From: Nitrosopumilus sp.
GTDB lineage: Archaea > Thermoproteota > Nitrososphaeria > Nitrososphaerales > Nitrosopumilaceae
Assembly (NCBI GenBank): GCA_965249555.1
Contig: OZ252243.1
Span: forward strand, 1 to 64,000
Reading direction: 5' to 3'
DNA: 64,000 bases
Positions within the stretch are counted from its first letter, which is position 1. Each line of letters begins with the position of its first letter. Made by a program: the position numbers and the translations under genes. A model generated the notes under the pieces. The model was not told the origin of the DNA. It ran no database searches and saw only the letters and a program-made list of their open reading frames with translations. Positions 42,301 through 47,765 of this stretch are shown piece after piece.

Positions 42301-45300
42301 AGCAACAGCTACCTCACCGGTGATAATCCCGTCAGTATTATCATTTGCAGTAAAGGTGAATAGCTCGTACGTTCCTCCAAGCTCAACTGAAAATGATTCT
42401 TCATTGACTGTGATAGATGGTGCTGTAACATCAGCAGTTACTGTAACTGTTCTAGTTACTGTTTCTGCAGGGTTTCCAGCCGCATCATCCACATCAAAGG
42501 TGACATCATATGCTCCAACAGTACCGGTATCAACTGTATCTCCGCCAACAGTTACACCACTTGAGATATCTCCGTCAATATTATCAGTTGCAGTAAAGGT
42601 GAATGCTGTGTATGTTTCTCCAAGCTCGATGGAGAATGATTCTTCATTGACTGTGATAGATGGTGCTATATCATCAGGTGCAGTTCCAGTTGTAGTTACA
42701 GACTCAACATTAGAACTGGCACTTGCCGCAAGACCATTGAATGCTATGACATGATATGCGTACTCTGTTCCAGGAGTCAGACCAGTATCCGCGAATGATG
42801 TCACTCCGATATCTCTTCCTTGTGCAATGCCATCCCTATACACATTATAGTGTGTAGCACCAGTCACTGCACCCCATGAAAGTGCTATACTTGTGTCAGT
42901 AATTGCTCCTACAGAAAGTACGGGTGCGGCTAGTGGTGCAACCAAGGTCGTTACATGTATCCTTGCAACTTCTGTACCGCCAAATGAAACGACAACGTCA
43001 TCATCATAACCATAACCTATGGGGATATTGGGTAAGACTTGACTTTTATTTATGTGAGTATCCTCGGCATCGAAAGAATTGGTTCTGCCGTCATATTCAA
43101 ATGTGTAGCTGCCGACTTGTAGCGGTGTAAAGGTAATGTGTATCTTATCTCCTGCAGTATTCAGTTGATAGCTAAGAGAGCCTGCCTCGATTGCAGTCTG
43201 GTCAAGTGTGTAAGTTGGTGCGTTAGGAACTAATACAGATGCTGCAGTTGTAGTTGCAGCAACCTCGGCAGAACTATCACTTGTCTCGACAGAATTTGTT
43301 GCCGTAATGGTATACTTGTAATCTGTATCAGGTTCCAAGTTCTCATCAGTGTATGATATAGTATTGCCCCCAGAGACCGGTATCTCAGCTGGCCCTGCGC
43401 CACCTGTTCTGCTCAGAGTGTAACTGTCGGCATTCTCCACTGCACCCCATGAAAGTGTTACAGTTGTATCAGTGGTAGAGTCTACAGAAAGCACAGGTGT
43501 TTCAGGTGGAACTGGTGTTGCAGCTGTAGTTACATCCAGATCCTCAGATGGAACGCCTGTATACGTATCAGAATGTGATGTAATAGTAAAAGTGTAATCG
43601 GTTTCAGCAGTTAAATTATCAACAGTATGCGTCAAAGCACTGGTGCGTATTACCAATGTATTACCGTTGAACAATGAATATTCAGTTGCACCAGTTGGTG
43701 CAGTCCATGTAATCACTATACTTGTATCAGTAATTTCTCCTGCAGAAAGTACAGATGGTGCTATGGTTGTAACTGCAACCAGATCCACAGATGCGTCACT
43801 TGTCCCGGCAGCGTTAGTTGATGTGGCATGATATGTGTAGGATGTTCCGGGAGTTACTGCAGTATCAGAATATGATGTACCTGTGACAGTTCCCAGGGAA
43901 GCATCATCTCTGAATAGCTCGTATCCTGTGGCACCAGTCACTGCATCCCATGAAATCACAACACTTGTCGGAGTGATTTCTCCCAGTACAAGTACGGGTG
44001 GGGCAGGTAGAGTCGTTACAGATACACTGCCAATCACCTCACCACCAAATGAGAGGGTGACTATACCACTATAATCAGACTCAACTGGTAATGTAGTAGT
44101 TGATTTCACACCTAATACAGTATCTGCAATGTTGACATTAATGCTCTGATCAGTACTATATCCAATCGTGAAATCGCCGGATTTTAATGGTGTAAAGGAT
44201 GCAGATGCTGTTCCATCATCAACAGCTATGACACTAAAAGAGCCTGATGCAATTGGAGGTATTTCAGCTGGCGTATCAGGTGATGCAATCGAACTTGTAG
44301 CTACAATCAGATTGGCAGATCTGGCGAGGAGATTTGGAAAGGCATCAGCTGCGAGGACAGAAAAAATGTAAACTGTTTCAGGAGTCAGGTCGGTAAAAGT
44401 ATGGGATGTATTACCGACAACTACTACTGTGGAACTATCAGATCTAACCAACGCATAGCCGACGGTACCCTCCACTGCAGTCCATGTAAGCTTAATGCTT
44501 GTCGGAGTGATTTCTCCTGCGACAAGTTCAATTGGTGCTGCAGGTGTAGTTACAGTCAAATCCTCAGAATCTTCACTTGTCCCGGCAGAATTTGTCGCCG
44601 TAATTATATAATTGTAATTTGTTCCAGGTTCCAAGGAATCATCAGTGGCAGTAAATACATCATCTGATACCACTACATGATTAGGACCGTCCTCAACAAC
44701 TCTGGTTAAAGTGTAACTTGTGGCACTCTTCACTGAATTCCATGAGAGCGTTATGCTTGTGTCAGTGACTGCTCCTGGTACAAGTGTGGGAGGTACAGGT
44801 AGAGTCGTTACAGATAACGCTGATGATAGTGAGCTTATCACAAAATCATGTGTACGTGATTCACCAGTAAAAGAATAAGTTGTTCCAGGAGATAAACCAG
44901 TAACAGTATGCGTCGTACCAGTAACTGTTTCTATTTGTATTCCATTTCGGTACAATAAATAGTCAAAAACAGAACTGTGTGCAGACCATGTAATCACTAC
45001 ACTTGTATCAGTGATTGTTCCTGCGACAAGTATAGGCGGTCCAGGTTCTGTAGTTCTAGCCAAATCATGAGATGGATCACTTGTCCCAGCAGCACTAGTT
45101 GCTGTGACATGATATGTGTACAGGGTTCCACGAACCAAGTTCTTATCAACGTATGATGTAAAGTCACCAGATCTTATGCGAACGTCATCTCTAAACAGCT
45201 CGTATCCTGTGGCACCAAATACTTCATTCCATCGAAGCTCAATGCTTGTCGGAGTGATATCTCCTTCTGTAAGTGTAGGAGGTGCAGGTAGAGTCGCTAC

Positions 45301-46371
45301 AGGTAACGCTGATGATAATGAGCTTTCCGTGGAATCACTTGCACGTGATTTAGCAGTAAAAGAATAAGATGTTCCAGTAGATAAACCAGTAACAGTATGC
45401 GTCGTACCAGTAACTGTTTCTATTAGTGAACCATCTTGGAACAACAAATACTCAGCAGCACCAGTTTGTGATTCCCATGTAATTATTACACTTGTATCAG
45501 TAACTGTTCCTGCGACAAGTGTAGGCGGTTCAGGTTCTGTAGTTATAGCCAAAACATCAGATGAATCACTTATCCCAGCAGCATTAGTTGCTGTGGCATG
45601 ATACCTGTATATTGTTCCAGGAACCAAGTTCCTATCAACGTATGATGTAAAGTCACCAGATCTTATGGATTCGCCATTTCTAAACAGCTCGTATCCTGTG
45701 GCACTAAATACTTCATTCCATCGAAGCTCAATGCTTGTCTTAGTGATTGTTCTTGACTCAAGTGTAGGAGGTGCAGGCGGTTCAGTTGGCGCACTTGTAG
45801 ATACAGTCAAAACATCAGATGAATCACTTGTCCCAGCAGCACTAGTTGCTGTGGCATGATACCTGTATGTTGTTGCAGGAGTCAGACCAGTTTCAGTGTA
45901 GGATGTATCGCCACCAGTTTTTATGAGATTGCCATCTCTAAACAGCTTGTATTCTGTGGCACCAGTCACTGCATCCCATTCAATCGTTATACTTGTCGGA
46001 GTAATTGTTCCTGACTCAAGTGTAGGAGGTCCATGTGGAGTAGTTATAGTCAATATACGAGGAAGAGACAGACCGTCGTCATATGCGACGATTCTAAACT
46101 CGTAAGCTGTGTTAGGTGTCAGTCCAGTAGCAGTATACGTTGTACCATGTATTTGACCACCAGTGTCAAGTGGTCCTATGTCGACATCGTCTTGGTACAA
46201 AAAATAAAAATTACCAGTTGCAGTCCAAGTAAGCTTAACGGAGTTGTAAGTGGTGTCTGTTGCTGTAAATACAGGAGGGTCAGGTATAGCCTCTGCACTT
46301 GCAAGGAGAAGCGATATGGCAAACAGGGCAACCCCTCCACCCATTAACGCAGAGAATAATACTTTGTTCAT
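27340..46371 (-). CDS. Giant secreted surface protein 2 (6,343 aa): mosaic of Fn3, DUF5011-like and bacterial-Ig-like domains with the same C-terminal domain as protein 1
   Basis: Signal peptide ending FAISLLLASAEA, dozens of diverged Fn3 motifs, D..APSITV..ELG.TY...ATD..DGDI repeats and a shared C-terminus. Confidence 0.93.
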   Translation of the reverse strand: MNKVLFSALMGGGVALFAISLLLASAEAIPDPPVFTATDTTYNSVKLTWTATGNFYFLYQDDVDIGPLDTGGQIHGTTYTATGLTPNTAYEFRIVAYDDGLSLPRILTITTPHGPPTLESGTITPTSITIEWDAVTGATEYKLFRDGNLIKTGGDTSYTETGLTPATTYRYHATATSAAGTSDSSDVLTVSTSAPTEPPAPPTLESRTITKTSIELRWNEVFSATGYELFRNGESIRSGDFTSYVDRNLVPGTIYRYHATATNAAGISDSSDVLAITTEPEPPTLVAGTVTDTSVIITWESQTGAAEYLLFQDGSLIETVTGTTHTVTGLSTGTSYSFTAKSRASDSTESSLSSALPVATLPAPPTLTEGDITPTSIELRWNEVFGATGYELFRDDVRIRSGDFTSYVDKNLVRGTLYTYHVTATSAAGTSDPSHDLARTTEPGPPILVAGTITDTSVVITWSAHSSVFDYLLYRNGIQIETVTGTTHTVTGLSPGTTYSFTGESRTHDFVISSLSSALSVTTLPVPPTLVPGAVTDTSITLSWNSVKSATSYTLTRVVEDGPNHVVVSDDVFTATDDSLEPGTNYNYIITATNSAGTSEDSEDLTVTTPAAPIELVAGEITPTSIKLTWTAVEGTVGYALVRSDSSTVVVVGNTSHTFTDLTPETVYIFSVLAADAFPNLLARSANLIVATSSIASPDTPAEIPPIASGSFSVIAVDDGTASASFTPLKSGDFTIGYSTDQSINVNIADTVLGVKSTTTLPVESDYSGIVTLSFGGEVIGSVSVTTLPAPPVLVLGEITPTSVVISWDAVTGATGYELFRDDASLGTVTGTSYSDTAVTPGTSYTYHATSTNAAGTSDASVDLVAVTTIAPSVLSAGEITDTSIVITWTAPTGATEYSLFNGNTLVIRTSALTHTVDNLTAETDYTFTITSHSDTYTGVPSEDLDVTTAATPVPPETPVLSVDSTTDTTVTLSWGAVENADSYTLSRTGGAGPAEIPVSGGNTISYTDENLEPDTDYKYTITATNSVETSDSSAEVAATTTAASVLVPNAPTYTLDQTAIEAGSLSYQLNTAGDKIHITFTPLQVGSYTFEYDGRTNSFDAEDTHINKSQVLPNIPIGYGYDDDVVVSFGGTEVARIHVTTLVAPLAAPVLSVGAITDTSIALSWGAVTGATHYNVYRDGIAQGRDIGVTSFADTGLTPGTEYAYHVIAFNGLAASASSNVESVTTTGTAPDDIAPSITVNEESFSIELGETYTAFTFTATDNIDGDISSGVTVGGDTVDTGTVGAYDVTFDVDDAAGNPAETVTRTVTVTADVTAPSITVNEESFSVELGGTYELFTFTANDNTDGIITGEVAVAGYPADTDTAGTYDVTFDVNDAAGNPAETVTRTVTVTDTTPPVITPAGSTQRIELTATDTYTEQGGTVTDNDPAYPRTVAVSGDTPDTSSIGVYTVLYDAPDDAAGNTPDQQSIVISVVDTTPPTFDVDGNTVDYSTTVPFGGTYTQGVINNAFDISGIASSIVGGETVNVNASGEYVVTYTVTDNNGLSAIITETVTVEDPFVISVGAITDTSIALSWTSVTDATYYKVYRDGRPQGGNIAGTTHIDTVFPGTTYRYHVTAFDGAGVITSSNVVSATSTGTALTTPPAAPVLSVDITLDAIIFLSWTAVGNADSYTLTRIVDGGNDVIVLSGTSGLSTDDDSLLSGTEYKYFVTATNTFGESVRSNTVTATTTGTASIDTTPPVITVTPEEITLELNSPAPKLLEGVSTDDGSEINTSGTVDVTTVGDYTITYSSTDGTNPAVGKTRIYKVIAATAPPATPALGIASNTHNTIELAWVAVANAETYTLTRIVDGGDNVVVESGDILSATDRNLTPSTNYKYVIVATNTAGTSDPSAEFAASTTAAPVETPAIKTGSFEVTHTANADKLLVTFTALKEGTFTITSSESSDTVAVSAEDVSDSAVKESTITVGYDFDGDVTLSFDSKDVASQSARTLAIKAGTFIATARDDGDVTVSFVPLRAGTFLIQAVGGPSTLWTINTDEVGNATENITLSTGHGFIGEIVISFGGHEYARESVSTIPGTPTLVKGDITHNSVVFSWDAQTGATGYTLSRTGGTGPTEIAVTGTSYDDTLEPETTYTYSIRAVSIAGDSAASDVVSVTTLAAPTVAPTVPEIPVLSVDSTTDTTISLSWGTVGNANSYTLSRTLAGSAAGTETLSGDATTFTDENLTADTEYKYTLIATNSVGSSEPSNEVTASTDSSTYTLTSAPHTDGDKVTITFTSSHTGNFVIEFENGSTINFPIDDAATPNIHTETVGYDYTGNVIISIAGGVEVARESVTTGPAPDDTAPSITVNKDSFSVELGETYVPFTYSATDDTDGDITGKVVVGDTVDTSIANTYTVTFDVDDAAGNSAVTVTRTVTVTDNTPPSITPTGSTQRIELTATNTYTEQGATVTDNDPNYSETVTVSGNTPDTRVVGVYTVLYDAPDDAANNTPDQKSIVITVSDTTPPTFDVDGNTVDYSTAVPFGETYTQGVINNAFDISGIASSIVGGETVNVNASGEYVVTYTVTDSNGQTTTITETVTVGPEPTAPAAPILSAGATTDTTISLSWVAVENADSYTLSRTLGNNPAVTVLLETNVLTTTDENLEPDTDYKYTITATNSVGTSDSSAEVAARTDAATPPAAPALRTGEITSTSIVIAWDIVTGATGYELFRDGNSVTTTTELFYTDETLTPATSYTYHATATNSAGTSEDSANRAATTARAHPLPAPPVLVKGAINSTSIVISWDAQPNAHFYKLYRDDSLIRAIFGLSYTDTGLDPYTSYTYHATSTNRALQASDNSEDLIAVTTIAPPTLRPGAITPTSIVIEWTASTGATGYELFRDDASLGTVTGTSYSDNIVTPGTSYTYHATSTNAAETSVPSEDLVAVTTIAPPTLRPGAITPTSIVIAWDIVEGATGYELFRDDASLGPVTGTSYSDNIVTPGTSYTYHAISTNDIPQTSDNSADLEISTTIAPPELVAGAITETSIVIEWTAPTGATGYELFRDDAFLETVTALSYTDTGLTPETIYIYHATSTNDISQTSEPSANLVVSTRSTATPGTPIAIPPIVSDSFGVIAGADDASVSFVPLKSGNFIIGYGTDQRTVSIANDELGETSTTIVPVGYNYDNPVTLSFDGAQVGSVSVTTGPAPPVLVKGEITPTSVVISWGAVDGVTEYELFRDDVSLGPVTELSYTDNMVTPGTSYTYHATSTNAAGTSVPSEDLVAVTTIAPPATPVLVLGEVTETSITLSWVKVDNADSYTLTRIVDGINDVTVISGDILTATDTGLIVDADYNYIITATNSAGPSAPSAKFAASTTAASTDTVLAAPTLRAVEITESSIEIEWSKVTGAVLYSLFRNGVFIEYAFDTSYTDTGLTPETIYIYHATSSNAASQQSGKSADLVVSTRSTATPGTPIEIPAIESGSFGVIAGADDASVSFVPLKSGNFIIGYGTDQRTVSIANDELGETSTTIVPVGYNYDNPVTLSFGGVEVGSVSITTPPAPDTTAPDTTAPDTTAPSITVNEDSFSLELGETYTAFTYSATDNTDGDITSGVVVGGDTVDIGTVGTYDVTFDVDDAAGNHADTVTRTVTVTDTTAPAVPEITTSPATVNTPSFTIDGTAEAGTTVALFNGATPAGTATADGSGNFSFTVTLTDGENSFTVTASDGANTSGPSSALVITLDTEKPVITVTGSSETIELTQTNTYTIPDATVEDNDPAYSETVAVTGNTPDTSSIGEYTVLYDAPADAAGNTPDQKSITITVSDTTAPTLTVERLANNFIRLSWENVPSVEGAYIIHLDTGGSQSTLAEVFTDSHIISLSTDLELANAADRIGVTGDTGTQGTGSSFTILYEGGTVWADIPAKNAVASEPPVLVRGAVTDTSIVISWDIVDGATGYELFRDDVSIATTTTELSHTDDELTPGKSYTYHATATNSAGPSDASKDLTAATTIAPPVLVKGAVTDTTVIITWTAIHGAADYLLYQDNSATPIATVTGTTHTVTGLTAGTDYSFAAESRSSDSVKSSPSSALPVLTVPAAPALGTGAITDTSIVITWDIVEGATGYKLFRDDVSIATTTTELSHTDTTVTPGKFYTYHATATNSAGSSEDSDDLDVATTLAAPVLELGEITGTSVTITWTAIHGAADYFLHLEGLRPITVIGTTHTYINLTPGTTYSFTVESYNSDRTVKSQPSVPLSVTTSPATPTLRITDTAHNTITLSWDRVGADSYTLTRIVAGGANVLVPTTDALTATDTGLTAETPYRYVITATNAAGTSGSSNEVTASTAAAPAPATPTLVAGATTDTTITLSWGAVDYAKTYTLTRTVGIETTEIPDITGTSYTDGNLEPATDYNYIITATNSAGTSTPSAEFAVSTTAAPTDTTIPETPTLLLGAVTPTSITLSWNSVNNAETYTLTRVVDSINDVTVASGDILTATDENLIADTEYNYIITSTTPEGKTSAPSAEFAVTISSAAQSFDVAADGDEISVFFVPTISGEFTIKYGDQSIPVTIAAGDEGSASTTIVSVGYNFNRTVALFFGSDAIDSIPINTEPAPPTIRATTITPTSILIVWEESTGAQEYKLYKNNIPIATTPDVSYTDDSLEPETIYIYHAESHNDISQTSDTSANLVVSTSSTASPGTPIEIPAIQEPFAIETRAEDVLISFVPLKSGDFIIGYGTDQSITVSITNDELGETSSTLVPVGYNYNGDITLSFDGAQVDSLSITTSPAPPSLRVGAVTPTSITIEWDAVDGAIGYLIYDDPTVGHIRLNFPTELSFYIPDLTPETSYTYYVRSVNPTGIGDGIQGSEFAELTTRTADAPTVPATPVLSVDSTTDTTVSLSWGTVGNANSYTLTRTLAGSAAGTEALSGDATTFTDENLTADTEYKYTLIATNSVGPSEPSNEVTASTDSHTYTLTSAPHTDGDKVTITFTSSHTGNFVIEFENGSTINFRIGDASIPNIHIETVGYDYTGNVIILIAGGAEVARESVTTGSEPAPGFATLVLGTTTHDTITLSWEAVDNVDSYTLTRVVDGSANVVVFSGNALTAIDENLDADTEYKYVITATNTAGTSTSLEFSARTSTQADTPAIEANSFEVTNTANADTLLVKFTALKEGTFTITSSESSDTVAVSAEDVSGSVEKEETITVGFVFDDIVTLSLDGETVASKSARTLAIRAGSFDTTANADGDVEVSFVPLRAGTFVIQAVGGPSTNWTINTDEVGGIIPVITLLTGHGFIGDVVISFGGHEYARESISTVPGTPALTAAIPTHNSVVLSWDAQTSATGYTLSRTGGTGSIEIPVTGTSYADTLEPETAYTYSIRAVALAGEGASSNVVSVTTPAAPATEAFFDVAISLDHVLISFVPLKSGDFIIRYDADQSITVSIADGELNKTSSTVVPVGVNYDGDVSLSFGGVQIGSLSIRTAPAAPVLRVGEITPTSVVIEWDPVDGAIGYLLYTDPNAAHIDSNAITELSFDITGLTPGTSYTYYVRSVNPTGIGDGVQGSAATRLDVTTPTQAIVSDSFVITNPAAADTLLVTFTALQAGTFTITAGTLTDTVDVSAEDVSGAVEKQTTITVGFNFDDTVTLSFDSRQVATTRATTGSNPDAATTPAPPVLGEGTVTHNSIVIEWTAPTGATEYKLYRTDIDVPLTTTTELSYTDNIVTPGTSYTYRAISTNAVGGASAFSEDLIVSTPLAPIELVAGEITPTSIEITWTVVDGTVVYSLIRSDSSQIVGVGGTSHTFTDLTPETVYTYSVVAFDGVPHVLARSADLVTATTAAAPTVPETPTLEFADATLTSITLSWVAVNNAESYTVTRIVAGGNVDVPTTGLTATDTGLTADTPYKYTITATNSAGTSDPSDEFPARTDTAPDIIAPPVPAITTPPATVSSSPITIDGTAEIGSTVELFRGGTSVDTTTVDGSGNFSFTAELTEGANSFTVTASDGPNTSAASPAVVITLDTTPAGGIASVTPGTETPKKKGGDSNEWKTKPTFGKHWNNQAVQLVDDGFVFNGMPLTITNNWHTDFNMTSSIIGDNNTVHIKGYATNGLKSVSLSLGVPEVGLKTNAESHIIVNVNSNYTSPAGYDIADIVHEQKEGLVNQNMTGATISKVKCTSSDTAERCFDVTISFVIMAPLSHEVLAINAVDKQRYSTTTYINEGVEFTGEALLAAATHELKQKHGNQNPFETISLTQQDRRYQVWEDQYGYIWSQNDYGTWLQITRPDMQQRDDSPTSVMTRIHSNFASLVIDEQDRATLIFDSKAIQGTLDESFSYDMPLRLDRVSDLTLLESLSIQEMLAQEMLCDCMIYEDSDLSWND
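35711..35760. repeat. 15-bp in-frame tandem repeat (PDTTA x3)
   Basis: GGTGCTGTTGTATCA x3.3. Confidence 0.9.
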
Positions 46372-46470
46372 ATTGCAACACTTCCATTAGATGACATTAA
46401 TGATGAGGTAGAACCTTCCCCCCCCCCCGCCATTAACGCAGAAAATAATACTTTGTTCAATACTGCAACA
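46341..46470. repeat. ~40-bp duplication of the start region of giant gene 2, flanking a unique 37 bp plus a C11 tract
   Basis: CCATTAACGCAGA(G/A)AATAATACTTTGTTCA(A)TA(T/C)TGCAACA at 46341 and 46430; unique sequence 46381-46417; poly-C 46418-46428. Confidence 0.88.
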
Positions 46471-47302
46471 GAATTATTCATGATTTATAAAAGCTTTGAA
46501 AGTTGTATTGTGATATGGAGGTATGGATCTATGAGTTTCATGCATGAACTTTTCTGCATACAGATCACCAAAACTATACAATTTGTGTCTGTTCAGAATC
46601 TTTACTTTGAGGCATTCTGAATTAGGTATTGGGCATTCTGCCCCTAACACATACTTTGACAGATCAAACAAATTACGATCCCTTTTGTATCTCCATTCTA
46701 TGATGTATGGTGTAGAACATTAAAGCAAACATTGTTCCAGTAAAAAGTATCATCACGCTGTTTCATGATTACTGATAGTGGCTCCACATGTATGATATGT
46801 CAAAATCATTAATAACACAGACCTGAAAATATCTCAATTGCATACAACAGTTGAATGGAATTTTAAATAAATTCAAAGACCGTTTAGAATTACATATTCA
46901 CCAATAGTATAATTGCAGCACACACACCCATTAAAGCATACATGTACTTTCTGTATTTGGGATTACTTGTTCGCATAACATAATGTAAGACTAAAAAGCA
47001 TTTAAGAATTAATAGGGTATTGGAGGTATTTCGGACCTTTTTGTTTTGTGTATATGTAAAAACAAAAGAGCATCCTGATCAATAAACTCAAAGAATTTTA
47101 ATAAAAAAAAGCCAGGATGGCAAATGAGGCATGGCAAACATTCCAGCAGGGAAGGAACCGCCAATTAATAACAAAAGGATTTTTTGAGAAACTACAAACT
47201 CATTTTTTGAAATAAAATTCTGAAACAAAATTATCATATGAATCAGCATTTCAATTTAAAGTAATAATTACTGCAATTAAAAAATGATTTTTTAAAAACA
47301 AA

Positions 47303-47372
47303 CGCAGAGCGGAATTTGAACCCAGAAAGACCCTTTGCTCACAAGGCAAGCTCCATGCCAGGAGACCTCTGC
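47303..47372 (-). pseudogene. Degenerate tRNA-like sequence (Ser-like body, anticodon loop CT-TGT-GA)
   Basis: GCAGAG/CTCTGC acceptor stem with G discriminator, CTCC/GGAG D stem, TTGC/GCAA anticodon stem and GGTTCAAAT T loop; stems are shortened. Confidence 0.4.
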
Positions 47373-47765
47373 AAATGTAAAATAATTTCAAAAGTAACAA
47401 AGATGCTCTGGGGGGTCTTTCTGGAACCTTATGACCTAGAGCGTTTACTGTCTTAATTGTGGTCTGCAAATTCACAACCAAACAAGACAGAGATTGCACT
47501 AACCAGGGCAATTATGATGTGTCAAACTCTGTGTTAGATATGTTGGGCAAGTAAATCATGTATTGCAGCATCATGACGTCTGAGACATGTCTTCAGATTT
47601 TCATGTATAGTTTTTTTAAAAATCAGCAAGCCAACTGTTCATCCTTTGCATAATGTCACTTGTATGTGACACCAGCAACACGACGGGAGTGGGCATGACA
47701 GTGGGATATTGTGTTGATCTGAATATTAGGGCATTCCAGAACAAGACATTGATCCCCTTACACTC

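Noticed and set aside
2557-46347. Many short plus-strand ORFs, including a repeated Cys-rich 69-aa ORF
   Set aside because: Antisense shadows of the repetitive minus-strand giant genes.
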